Shown one piece after another: positions 23,901-36,934 of a stretch of 64,000 bases of DNA (its first letter is position 1; every line of letters begins with the position of its first letter). The notes under the pieces are model-generated. The model worked only from the letters and a program-made list of their open reading frames with translations. It was not told the DNA's origin and ran no database searches. The stretch is taken from positions 29,760,001 to 29,824,000 of the forward strand of contig NC_091469.1 of assembly GCF_036971445.1 (NCBI RefSeq). The letters are read 5' to 3'. The position numbers and the translations under genes were made by a program. The DNA is from Narcine bancroftii (lineage: Eukaryota).

Positions 23901-25783
23901 AGAAAGCTTCGATCCCCTGGGGTGATGGCAAACAATACAGGCTAACGAGGTCACAGGTCTGAACAATTCTTTGGGGGAGTTGAGGAAAAGTTACAAGCCT
24001 TGAGATACTCAAATAGAAGCAATGCATGCTGATGAGCTTTCCCAAGTGTACAATTGCACTCAAATTTTACCTTACTGTTTTCCCTGGAATCTGCATACAC
24101 TTCTAGTTTATTGGACAGCTCATTCACTGTATTATATTGTTTGTATCAAGCTTGATCTGGCCAATTATGGAAGGTTTACCTTTACTGGAGATAACATTCA
24201 GCTGCAGCATCATTCTGTGGATGACACCACTTGTGCTTGTGATAAAAGGAGATCTCTCCCTCCTTCTCCTTCCAACCATGTCGGTAGCTCTGTATGCAAC
24301 ACCCTCCTCCTCCAACACCACTGGCATTCCTTGGGTTCTACTCTCAGCAGGATAATCATTTGCAATGTTCAACCCTCTCTTCCCACATCCACACAATTTC
24401 CTATGATATTCAGCTGAGGATACATCTTTGCTCTTTTTCACATTTCTCATCTATTTGCAGGAGCACTGTCTGAAAATATGGTGTCAGTGTCCGTATGTAC
24501 ACTGGGGACATCTAGTTCTACTGCACCATCATCTCTCTACAATCTGTACATTATCAGACTGTATATCCAATGTATAGCACTAGCTGTGCAGATGTTTCAT
24601 CCAGATTAATATTGGGAAGATCAAACCTGTCATCATGGTCATTTTCACAAATAGTATTCCAAGCCACCAATTCCATTCCCTTCCCTGGCATCAGTCTGAA
24701 AGTAAATCAAACTTTTCATACTCTGCTTGTTGAATTGGACCCAATGTAGTCTCCTTTTCTTTTTATCACTTGTACTTTTGTTTTTAATTCTTGAACTACT
24801 TGTGGCATTACGTATCGGTTGACTTGCTGGATAGCATGCAAAACAAAGATTTTCATCATATCTTGATATTCATAACAGTATCAATTCAATTCAATTAGTT
24901 CCTGAAATCACATCCACTCCATCACTCAGACTTCCCACTTTCATCTTCATAATATTGACTAACTGCACTTTGGTTTCGGTTTGTCTGTGGCTAAAACCCT
25001 CACCATCCCTTTGATCACCATCTAGTTTCCCGTCTTCTGCTTTCCATAAACATGAGGTCATCCTGATTCTGCTGAACATGATCTGTCCTTTTGTTATTTA
25101 GCAGATTATTTATAGTTCAAACTTTTTTGTATTGCCTGTTGGCAGTTCAAGTTTTATTTGTGAATCATGGACCATTTTACTTGACACCGAATTTATGTGC
25201 AATTCTAGTTTCAACCAGCCCTGCTTTTTTCCATTTGTGTGGTATCCCAGTTGTACACTGCAGAAGTCTGCCTGCAGGCATTGCTTCATTTAGTAGCAGT
25301 CTTGAATGCTTGTCTCGCTGACAGATAATTCTAAGGCTATTATGCTACGGGATCAATGCCTCAAACATTTACTATCTCAAGAATGAGCCAAGAGTGTCAG
25401 CTCCCGCTAATGTCATGAATATTTAATAAAGAACCTTTTGGCATGAAACAATTGAAGAAATAATATTTTAGTTTGTGACATTCAGTGATCATAAGACTAT
25501 GCCACATCTTTTCTTAATTCAAACTTCTATTTGCATGTTCAAATTAGCAGTGTTACTGATCAATTGTATAAAATGATCCAAACTTCCAGTATGGAAGAAG
25601 TACTCATAGAAACTCAAGGAGTTGTGTTTCTCAAACAAGTTTACCTCGAAACGCACATGAAAGAAAGAACTTAGTTTCATGACCTCAGGATACCTCAAAG
25701 TAGTTTACAATCAATTAGGCACTTTAAAAAGCGTATTGATTGAGAGTTTTCATTGCTCAGGACAGGAGCACCTGCAATGGTTT

Positions 25784-28700
25784 TGTAGCGGGCCAAATCG
25801 CCGCAACACACGGATCGTCCAAGATGATGCAGGCTCCCCTTCACTGCCGAGAAGCCCATGCCTTGCGCCATGTGCAGGCTAAGGTGCCCTCCACTCCTGT
25901 GTAGCGGCCCGCCAGCCGGAGAGTGACATCGCGACACGATGATGTCACTTCTGGAAGCTGGTGGGAACATCACTGGAAGTGGATGGGTTAGCGCGGAGAC
26001 ATGGGGAATTCAAACCAATAAAGTCATTCTTTGGTTCACCTTCATGCTGTATGGACATCTCTTTACTCGGTAGCGCTGCTGCAGCAGTCGCTACAGTGGT
26101 GACCCCAATGGTTCCAATGTTTTGGAACCAGCATTGATCGCACAAGAATGCAGCAAACTGGCTGAATCCACAGTCGCAGCACCTGCGACCAAAGCGGTGG
26201 GCGTACATCTCCGGCTGTTCTAGGCAAGCCAGCCCAGGAACTGGCTACAGCTGGCAGAGTTACAGTTCCACATCAGGAGAATCGTTTCAGGGGACACCAA
26301 GTTCTGGCACATCATCAACGCCCTGGACACCACCACAGCTGCCAAAGTAAGCTCCTTCATAGAAAACCCACCGATGGAGCGTAAGTATGAGCAGTTCCGA
26401 TGTTTCCTCCTGGATGCTCTAGAGCTCAGCCAGTACGAGCGCGTCATTAGAAACCTCAACATGCAGGGCCTGGGTGACAGAAACCCCCCTGAGCTAATGC
26501 ACGAGATGGCGGCCCTGGCAGACAGGCACACAGACTGTTTCCTGTTCAAGGCCCTATTCCTCTCAAAACTACCAGTACACATATCCTCAGCAGTTTTTGA
26601 CATGCATTTCAGTGCCCCCATACCTTGTAGCCAAGGAGGCACACAGACTGTTCTGCACGCCACAGCAGAGCTCCCTCCGAGCAACAACCAATCTACGCAA
26701 TTGGCACCGTCCAGCTCATGAGAAACACCAGCGGTAGCTGTGGGACAGCAGCAACGCGAGAGGTGTGCGGAGAAGAACAGTGTTTCTACCATTGCCGATG
26801 GTGCAAGAATGCTCGGCGGTGCAGCCCCCCCCCCCTCCTGTGCTCGTATCCCACCACCAAAATCAACATGGTGATGGGAAACAGGCAGGCCGGCTGCCGA
26901 TAGTGACCCCAGCGGTTGGCACACAGAAAGGCCTACTCTACCTCAGAGACCAGAGGCTCAAGAGGGATTTCCTCGTTGACATAGGCATGGAGATCAGCCT
27001 CATCCCACCCACATATATTGAGGCGAGAAACAATCCTTGCAACCGGCCAACAGTTCCTCCATTCCCAGCTACGACACCCACCTGGTCACCATCAACATCA
27101 CAGACGCTGTTTTTCAGTGGGAGTGCACTATTGTGGCCATGGGACAGGCACTACTCGGAGCGGATTTTCTCTGGGCTCGCAAACTACAGGTGGATGTGAC
27201 AAGATGCCAGTTAATAAAAGCCACAACATTCTAGTCTTTCCCCCTCACCCTACGGAGACTCTCTTTCCTGCCACCGGCAATCCACGCCCTGGACCAAGAT
27301 GAGTACACCTCCCTACTGGCCAAATACCTTGGCTCTATTGGCACCGAACTTCGATGACTCCAACCCCCACATGGCGTGGAGAACCACAGAGAGTCCCCCG
27401 GCCCCTCAGTGCACGTATGAGCCCAGAGCCTCCCGCTAGACAAGCTCCAACAAACCCAAGGCAGAGTTGGATTGTCCGCCGTTCCAACAGCCCACGGGCC
27501 TCACCGCTCCACATGGTGCAGAAGAGCTCCAGCAGGTGGTGTCCGTGCAGCGACTACTGACGTCTAAACGTGGCAACGGTCCCAGACAGATACCCCATCC
27601 CACACGTCCAGGATTTCGCCATGAAGCTGCAGGGTATTCTCCAAGGTGGACCCCAGTGACATACAGAAGACGGCCATCATCGCACCCTTCGGCCTCTTTG
27701 AATTCCTAAGAATGCCTTTTGGGCCTAAAAATGTGGCCCAGACATTCCAGCGGCTAATGGACGTGGTCAGCAGGGACCTCGACTTCATCTTCATTTATCT
27801 AGATGACATCATCATTGCCAGCCCCGATGCTAGCAACCACAGGATGCATCTTACCTGCCTTTTCAACAGACTGCAGCAGTTCGGGCTCACGGTGAACCTG
27901 GCCAAGTGCCAGTTTGGCCTGTAAACAATAGACTTCCTTGGGCACTGCATCAGCTCAGAGGGCACCACGCCACTACCCGACAAGGTGGAGAATATTTAGA
28001 ACTTCCTCAGGCTGAACACAACCAAAGTACTACAGGAGTTCCTGGGGATGGTCAACTTTTACCATCGCTTCCTCCTGGGAGCAGCTACCCTCATGCAGCC
28101 CCTATTTGGCCTCGTCAAATTTGGTGACAAGATGCTGCAATGGATGCTGGAGGCCATGGGAAGCTTTCCACGCCACCAAGGCAGCACTGGCGAAGGCCAT
28201 GGTACTGGCACACCCGGATCCCACCTTACCCCCCCTCCACTCTGGCCCTCATAACTGACACCTCAGACAGAGCAGTGGGTGCGGTGCTAGAGCAATGGGT
28301 CAATGAAGATTGGTGAGTACCTCTGAACACCAGAGCTCAAATACAGTGTATTTGACCATGAACTGCTGGCCTTGTACCTGGCGATACGGCACTTCTACTA
28401 CATGCTAGAGGGCAGAGTGTTCACCACCTACACAGATCACAAACCGTTGACCTACGCGTTGAGCAAGGTCTTGGACCTGTGGTCGGCAAGACAACAAAGG
28501 CACCTCTCCTACGTATCGAAATTCACCACAGACATCTGCCTTGTTACTGGCAAGGCCAATGTAGTAGCCGACATGCTGTCTCGGCCCATGATCGCTGTGA
28601 CCTCTGGAGGGCTCGACGTTGCCCAGCTCGCCAAGGACCAGAGGGAGGACGCAGACGTCCAGGCATACCAGATGGCCATCACCAAACTGAAGGTCTGAAA

Positions 28701-30123
28701 CTTCTGCCCCACACCAGGAGAACTGATCCTACTGTGCGACATCTCCACCGGGTCCCCAAGGCCGATCCTACCCGTGACCTGGTGACGATGGGTTTTTGAC
28801 CAGATCCACGGCTTATCTCACCCCTCCGTAAGGTCCACGGTCTGCCTGGTCTTGGACAAGTTAATGTGGCATGGACTCTGCCGAAACATTACAGTTTGGG
28901 CTCAAACCTGCTTACAATGCCAGTGTGCCAAGGTACATCGGCACACCATAGCTCTTCTACAGATTTTTGAGCCGGCGCAATGCAGGTTCGAACATGTCCA
29001 AGTTGACATCATCGGCCCCCTCCCAGTGAGCCAGGGTACGAGGTACCTTCTCACAACCATCTACAGATTCACCCACTGGCCAGAGACGATAACCATGGCT
29101 GCGTGCGATACAGAGACGTGCGCCCAAGTGTTCCGCACCACCTAGATTGCACGTTTCGGAGTCTTGACCCACATTACATTGGTCCGAGGAGTGCAGTTCA
29201 CCTCCTCCCTCTGGTCCAACCTGGCGAAATTCTGCAGCAGCCAGGTCCACCATGTGACGGCCTACCATCCCCAAGCAAACGGACTGGTTGAACGCCACAT
29301 GTGGCCTGAAGGCCACATTGAAAGCCGACTGATCGGGCCGAACTGGATGGACGAGGTCCCATGAGTACTACTTGGGATCCGCACGGCACCAAAGGAGGAC
29401 CTACCAGCATCGTCCGCAGAGATGGTGTACGGTGCACCACTCTCCATCCCTGGGGACCTACATTTCAACCCCTCGACCCATTGATCCATAGGTGTTAGAC
29501 GTCCTGCACAGGCTGAAAGAGCAAGTGAGAAGACAAATACCCCCCTGTCACCATCCAGACATGGCTCATCACCCAGCCACATTCCAGCAGATCTGCAGTC
29601 CACACCCAATGTTTTCATATGCAGAGGACAGTAAGGGATCCCCCCACAGTGCCCATAGAAAGGCCCCTTCAAGGTACTGCAGAGAGACGTCGTGGTGATC
29701 ACATTAGACATTGGCGGCCAACAGGACAGATTCACAGTTGACCACCTCAAAACCTTGCAGCTGGACTCTGACCTGCCAGCTCTGGATCCCCCGGGTCAAA
29801 CACAGAGGTAGATCACCAAAAGACTGTAAATCAGACCACTCAATGGTGGCAATTCAGGAGGAGGTTGGGTCATGTAGCGGGCTGAGCAACCACACAAAGA
29901 AATGGGATGAATTGCTGCAACACGTGGCCAATCCGAGATGGCGCAGGTTCCCCTTCACTGCCGAGAAGGAGGCCACTTCTGGAAGCCAGTGGGTATGTCA
30001 CTAGAAGTGGGCGGGTCAGCGCGGAGGCACGGCAAATTCAAACCAATAAAATCATTCTTAAGTACATCCTCACACTGTGTGGACGTCTCTTTACTCAGTA
30101 GCGCTGCCGCAGCGGTCGCTACA
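25784..30123 (+). mobile_element. Gypsy B: complete but decayed CsRn1-clade LTR retrotransposon
   Basis: 5' LTR 25784-26095 and 3' LTR 29873-30123 (TGTAGCGG...GCTACA); 4-bp TSD GTTT on both sides; PBS tggtgacccc; CHCC gag motif; GGGAAAC at 26876; RT YLDD; RNase H TDHKPL; integrase (HVQVDIIGPLP, AYHPQANGLVER); purine tract before the 3' LTR. Confidence 0.95.
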
Positions 30124-30519
30124 GTTTTATGGCACTCTGTCTATGCAGCCCTTTCTCATCATTGGACTTGAACAATATTCTGGCCTCAGACTCAAACCAA
30201 CAGCACTTTGATTCAGCGATGTCAATACTAACAAAATCTGAAGTATGTGCCTTACAGCCTTGCAATCTCATAATACAGAGGTACAGATTAGCTCAGTCTC
30301 ATTGTTGAACAAAATGTAAAGGATGCCTTAAGTTCATATACTGCCTCTGGACATTCTGGTGGTTAAAATAATGAAGGATTTGAATGGCAAGGCAGAGGAA
30401 AGAAGTGTTGAGCCAGATTATAAAATAACATTTAAAAAATTTGAATCTGATATCAACCCATCTTTACTTTTGGTTTCAATGGAGGTGGGGCATCCAATAG
30501 GTTTATATTTGCTTGAAGC

Positions 30520-31205
30520 TGTTACACAGTACAGTTTGCATAGTGGTAATTGCTCATGTCTCCAGAATGGAGGACCATCGCCTTCCCAAGATCGTGTTAT
30601 ATGGCGAGCTCTCCACTGGCCACCGTGACAGAGGTGCACCAAAGAAAAGGTACAAGGACTGCCTAAAGAAATCTCTTGGTGCCTGCCAGATTGACCACCG
30701 CCAGTGGGCTGATATCGCCTCAAACCGTGCATCTTGGCGCCTCACAGTTTGGCGGGCAGCAACCTCCTTTGAAGAAGACCGCAGAGCCCACCTCACTGAC
30801 AAAAGGCAAAGGAGGAAAAACCCAACACCCAACCCCAACCAATCAATTTTCCCCTGCAGTCGCTGCAACCGTGTCTGCCTGTCCCGCATCAGACTTGTCA
30901 GCCACAAATGAGCCTGCAGCTGACGTGGACTTTTACCCCCTCCATAAATCTTCGTCCGCGAAGCCAAGCCAAAGAAGAAGAATTGCTACGCTGTAACAGC
31001 AGCAGCAACCTGGGATCAAACCTGGCGCTCTCTGTAAACAGTTCGTATGCTCTCCCTGTGTCTGCGAGGGTTTTCTCCGGGTACTCCAATTTCCTCCCAG
31101 CCTTCAAAACGTACAGGGTTTGTAGGTTGATTGGGGTATTTTGGCAGCACGGGCTCATGGGCTGGAAGGGCCTGTTACCATGCTGTTGTCTGAATTAAAA
31201 AAAAA
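30520..31205 (+). mobile_element. V-SINE/HE1-like SINE split by an RTE insertion
   Basis: tRNA-like head ...gcatagtggtaattgct|acgctgtaacagc...ctgggatcaaacc and V-domain ctccctgtgtctgcgagggttttctccgggtactcc; A tail at about 31197. Confidence 0.7.
30555..30980 (+). mobile_element. 5'-truncated RTE-clade LINE
   Basis: HVSRMEDHRLPKIVLYGEL...KRYKDCLK...CSRCNRVCLSRIRLVSH; (gaa)n tail; TSD aattgct at 30548-30554 and 30981-30987. Confidence 0.9.
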
Positions 31206-31769
31206 TAAAGGTTGCTTGTCACCATCTGTGCATGAATTTTAGTTTCACTGCATCTTAGCTTTTCGACTCTGACATCAGGAAATATGGTTTGTAAAAGGAG
31301 GTGTCTTGCTCCTCCTCACGTGCTTTCTTGGCAGGATCTGCCCTGGTGCCATTTTTCCAAGCCGGGAAGGTTGTCCCGGATGTGAATTTCCCCTGGAAAG
31401 TGAACATTAGCTAGTGAGGAGTTGCGTTGGTTGCAGGGCAGAGAAGCAACCTTATAGGGTGGAGCACCATGGGTAGGACTTCTTGCCAGCATGAATCTAG
31501 AAGGCCTTTGGACCAGAAAGCCAATTTCACAGCCTTCCATACTGTCGCGTTTTCCTTTTCAACTTGTTCGTTCCCCTGCTTGAGGCAAAACCTCTTACGA
31601 GCAGATACTGACGTAGCTCTTCACTCATAAATGATGTGCTCCGGCCAGAGTACTCCATGCTCTTGCTTTTAAGGTGACATAGGAAGTCCAGGCCCAGCAA
31701 CACAGAACCTCACAAATCCTTCAGTACATTCAATCGGAACTAACAAAATTCTCCCCCCCCCCCCCCCCC

Positions 31770-33257
31770 CACCTTTTACAGTTAGATGTACTATACGATA
31801 CCCATGGATTGTCGCAGAGTGCGAGTGCAATGCTATGTAAATACAATAGTATGTCTGATACACTTTTAAGTTGTACAGCAGAGCAGCCGCAGAGTTTATA
31901 AACTCTCAGTGGAGCCAGTGTCTAATAAGCAATCAGTCAAGTGTCCATTTACCCTCACCCCCATCGTCAATTTATTCAATTGGTGAGGTATTGCCTGATC
32001 CAGGACGACTGATGCCAGTGCTCCGGAAACCCTGTCGCTCCCCTTGCTGATGTCGACTCTTTCCCCTTGGCCTGCTGGCAGACAAGATGGCATCGATCAC
32101 AAGGCCCGGCAAGATGGCCATCCTCCATCTTGATCTGAAGGAAGACTAAGTGATGTTGACCACGAGGTACGGCAAGATGGCCACCGTTGCTTCCCACGAT
32201 GCTTTACTTTCAGCTGCGGGTCTAGCCACGAGGCGCAGCAAGATACTGACATTGAGCAACATAGAGATGCTGGGGCCGGCACTTTGGGACTCGGGCGCAG
32301 CTCAAACACCAATTCGGGGGTCGCACATGTGGTCACCCTCTTTGGGTTCCTCTTAGTTCTGCAGACCTTCACCCAGTGCCCTCGTTTACTGCATCCTGTG
32401 CACATGGAGTCCTTCGGAGGCATCAGGCACGGAGGTGCTGTGCCTGTCCACAGAAATAGCATCCCTGGTTGTGCGTGGCTGCAGCGGTCAGCTCTGGGGC
32501 TGAGGGGTTTGCCGGCGCCCCACTGACCTGGTCTTCTGAAGGTCGTCAGCTCCTAGTTGGGCCTGTTTGAGTGCTTTTGCCAGCTCCAGGGTGCTGGCCA
32601 TGTTTTTTTCCCCCAACTCTAGCAGTCACTGCCTCACATACCTCGATTTCACTCCTGCCATGAGGATGTCTCGGATTTGTTCCTCCTCTCTCACCCAGGC
32701 TGTGAATGCTTCATAGTGGCATTTCCTTGTCAAGGCCCACAGTTCAAGGACATAATCATCTAGCGACTTACCTGGGCATTGCCGACGTTGAGAGAGCTGG
32801 TGTCTCACCAGCACGTTGTTCTGAGGCCTCTTCAAGCCTTCTATTGCCAACTCGCAAGTTTCACGTCTCTGATGACAGTGAACCCCTCCGGAGACTATCA
32901 GAGTTGAAGACCTCTTGTGTGCCCATCAGGTAGGACTGGAAGCACTCCAGCCAGTAGGCAAATACCTCTAGGGACAGAAGGTCGACCTGGAGCATGCCTG
33001 GCTTCAACAGGGCTTCCATCCTGCTTCAAAGTTAAACTATTAAAATTGTAACGCGACTGATTGCACTCCGAGACTTGTGAGGACTAGAAACACGCTTTTA
33101 ATAGTTTACAATCAATGGTCAGTAGACACAATAGCGCTCAGGTGAATCTGAGGTAAAGCGGAAAATCCAGGGTTTATATTGGGATAGGTGAGGGTGGAGC
33201 CAAGGGAGGAGCCAGCCATCTGACCAACACACAGACAGTGAATTCCAGTTCATTGCA
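31770..33257 (-). mobile_element. Gypsy C: 5' LTR, gag and protease fragment without a tRNA PBS
   Basis: LTR TGCAATG...GCGTTACA (33257-33047) with aatataaa and ATTAAA; gag start MEALLKP at 33019; CCHC knuckle CTGCSKRGHWVKVC; protease LLDTGSTES; truncated near 31770. Confidence 0.85.
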
Positions 33258-34844
33258 GAAGGTCAACATCATTATCACAAAGAGTGGTACAGCAGAATGA
33301 AATAGGTGAGTTAAGTGAAAAGCATGATAAATATATCCGGGGAAAAAGAATACAGCTTGCATAGATAATAGAAATAGAATTAGTGGGATTTTTGGAACGT
33401 ATATACCAGCCCAAGACCTATTAGGTCAGGAGGCTCATTGCTCATTTCTGTGCAGTAAATTCCACATAAATTTCTTCAACTATTTCCCAAGTGTGTAGTC
33501 ATGAAGCCGGAACTCATTGCTATGCGAATAACCTTTTAGTTTGTTCCATGATATTTATCCACCAGCTTTAATTAGGCAAACTGCTATTCGCAGCACCTGT
33601 TTCTTTGAGCATACAGGAGTGCTGAGGTTCCATGACTGCAGCAGAGTTACACAGTAGAAAGGATGGGAGGATGTCAGACAGTGTTGAGAGTTTATTCAGT
33701 ATTTGTTGTTCAAGACCCTATTAGTCCTTGAGAAGGTGTGGGAGACAATTGCTTGCTGACAACTTCAGAGGAAACTTGAATGTCTGCACAGACATGTAAA
33801 TGCCCATGAAAATGCAGATGCCCTTCCCCTAAAGAATATCAGTGTTTTTGACCATCTATGAGAGTATTGTTTACTATTAATGATATGTCTTTGGACAACA
33901 CTCTTCAGAATGTGCTGCTGGACCTGGAAATCTGTCTCAGGCCTCTGAATGACCAGTCCAATCTTTTAATCTTCATGTTGTTGCACACTTTGTCATGCTG
34001 GATCACGGGTCAGTTTGAATGTGGTACTCTCTCAGTCCCCTAAAAATGACGCTTAAACAACCTTTCCAAGTCAGTAATGCATTGCATGCCTTGGCTGTAG
34101 CCTACCAATGCTGGCTATAAGCCTTAGTTGATCTATTTTACTGTGGTCCGTCTTGCCTGGCGGCCACCAAAGCTCTTCACTCTTGGTCTGGGAAGTAGGG
34201 GGTTGGGGTGTTCCAAGGATTCTCACGGTATTCTCTCAGCATCTATTGAGAGTCATAGACATAGAATTGTAAAGCACAGAAACACACTGACCAAGTTGCC
34301 TATCGGAGCTAGTTCCATTTGCCTGTGCTTCGCCCATATCCATTTAACACATTCCTCTCTCTGTACTTGCCCAGATATGCTCCCTTGTGTGGGTGTTAAA
34401 GATCTTGTGGGTGCTATTTCAAAGAAGAGCTGGGGATCTCCCTCCCAAATCATAAACAACATTTATTTCTCACAAAAGATCATTGTTTATCTGATTGCCA
34501 ACACATTTGCTGCTTGTGGGAGCTTGATGGGCAGAAATTGTTTGCCATGTTTCCTACCTGAGGACAGTGGCTAAGTGATTAAAATGTCCTTTGAACCACC
34601 TAAAAGGAACTCAAAATGGAATATATCGTTTCTAGTCAGATATCAACTATGCTTGTCAATAAATAATCGAATTGGCTTCCAAGTATTTTTTTTTATCTCT
34701 ACACATCAATGATGTATCTTGAAGCATTTTAATACCTCAAGGACACCACATAAATCTAAGCTATGCTTGATATGTAAATATATGCAAGATTCCCTTTGAT
34801 CCAATAAACTAAACACAAGATACTTGAAGGAAAGAAGGAGGCGG

Positions 34845-34876
34845 GAGAGAGAGAAGAAAGGGAGATGGAGGAGGGG

Positions 34877-34909
<33 letters not shown>

Positions 34910-34912
34910 AGG

Positions 34913-34951
<39 letters not shown>

Positions 34952-35046
34952 CCACACCTATATCAGAATGCCTTAAAGCAATTGACAGGAAAACAGAGAG
35001 AGAGAGAAGGCCACACCTATATCAGAATGCCTTAAAGCAATTGACA
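34845..35046 (+). repeat. (GA)n microsatellite with a local tandem duplication
   Basis: ggaaaac(ag)n-aaggccacacctatatcagaatgccttaaagcaattgaca occurs twice (34911-34987 and 34988-35046). Confidence 0.9.
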
Positions 35047-35199
35047 TTGATGCAACATAGGAAAGTGGGCATAATGATTTGGCAAAAATTGATTTAGGGA
35101 CTGGGTGTGAGTGAGGCACAAGAAGAATTCTCTGGTGTTTTTTCAGTGTCGACCTAAATCCCCACAGTCTGTCTGGATAGGGAGCTGAACATCTTTAAT

Positions 35200-36056
35200 G
35201 ACCCATGACTGCATCATAGGATCTAGTTCCAACAGTGTCATCAGTTTGCAGATGACACAACAGTAGTTGGCCTCATCAGCAAACTACAGAGAAGAGGTGG
35301 AAAATAGTGTGAGAATAACAATCTGAGTCTCAACATGGACAAGAAGAAGGAGGTGATCGCTGACTTCAGGAGGACCAGGAATGACCACCCTCCACTACAC
35401 ATCAACAACTCTGTAGTAGAGAGAAAGAAGAGCACCAAGTTCTTTGGAGTTCACTTAACTAGTGATCTCTCGTGGACACACAACATCTCCACACTTATTA
35501 GGAAGGCATAGCAGCAACTGCACATCCTGAGAAGATTGAAGCAGGCGAGACTACTGGAAGTGGTCACCATTATGTCAACAGAAGCTCTATCGGCAGCGTC
35601 CTGGCTGGCTCCATCACAGTGTGGTATGATTGGTGCAGAGAAATGGACCATAACAGTGGCAGAAAGGATCACTGGAGTCTCCCTCCCCCTACTAACTGAA
35701 GAAGGAGCACAAAATCAATGAGGACCCTTCCATCCCGCCCACAGCACCTTTCAGCTGTTTCCATTGGGAAAGAGATACAGGAGGATCAGAGCCAGGACCA
35801 CCAGGCTGAGGAATAGCTTCTACCCATGGCCAGTGAGAATTCTGAATGAGCAAAGGAACTGCTCCAACTAAACCTTCGAGACTCTCATCTTCATGAAATA
35901 ATATTTGTTTATTTATTTATATATATGAATACTTGCCCTATGTATGTATCATTTGTCTGTATGTGTGTCATGTCTGGTTGTGTCAGTGTGTTTTCCACCA
36001 ATGCTTTTTGTACTTGTGCAATCAGATGAGAATAATTTGAATTGACTTGACTTGAC
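35200..36056 (+). mobile_element. Rex1/Babar-type LINE 3' fragment
   Basis: FADDTTVVGLIS...LNMDKKKEVIADFR...TKFFGVH...RLRNSFYPWPVRILN; (ttgac)n tail. Confidence 0.8.
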
Positions 36057-36551
36057 GAAATCAATAGAACAAGAAGAATGCAATCTCAAATTGATTTCTC
36101 CGAAAGGAACCGAAGGACGTTTCACGAGCAGATCAGTATCCTGGTAGCCATGCATGCAAGGGTTAATTGGGATTATTGAGACAACTCGTAGATTTGTGAG
36201 AGCAGTTGTTGCTTTGCTCTGGTTGTTATAGGATTGATCCACCACCACAATGGCTGGAAAATTTAGATTGCAACATCCATTGCTTGAGCAACACAATGGT
36301 TGAAGTGGTCACAATATTTTGACCTCTGTTTGCAGCACCGTTGTGGTGAGTGTGGGATAGAAGACAGTGATGTTAGATGTGGGAGATTGTCTGCAGACAA
36401 GTGAGGCTTTGAATGGCATGCAAAGTACTAGTGGGTTTTGATGGCACATTCCCTGGCCATGACCATATCTGCAACTTTCTGCATTCAGATCCTTTCAGCT
36501 TCATACTCATTTTAGCAGCCCTTTCCTCCCGCTGTCTTCGCAGTGTATCTT

Positions 36552-36644
36552 TTTTTTTTTTTTTTAATTTTTTATTTTTCACACCATAAATCACAATAGC
36601 CATGATATACACTTTTTCTTTTCCACACATTTACAGTGACTTTT
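36552..36644 (-). mobile_element. Very short (about 93 bp) 5'-truncated L1 insertion
   Basis: Apart from the polyA tail, identical to the 3' end of the full-length L1 (about 51199-51277); TSD gcagtgtatctt at 36540-36551 and 36645-36656. Confidence 0.93.
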
Positions 36645-36934
36645 GCAGTGTATCTTGAGACCCATTCTGCTCCATCTCCTGCTCTGTGGTGTGTTGCAGA
36701 ACAGAGTTTTGATTGGTTAGGGGCTAAATTAGTTAGTTCACCATTTCATTCACATGTAAATATAAACCTAGCCTGACTGGATTTTGCAAGATAATAGATT
36801 TGACATTGTTGTTTGCAAAAGAGATATCAGCTATCAACTATCAATCATGTCTACACTGGTTCATATATTGATATAAACATGCACATACAATTTTAGCATT
36901 CTAAAAGTGATGTGTAAACTGCTATAGGAACGTA

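Noticed and set aside
21477-29800. Domesticated gag or integrase gene derived from the Gypsy elements
   Set aside because: All domains carry multiple stops, frameshifts and deletions; no selectively preserved ORF.
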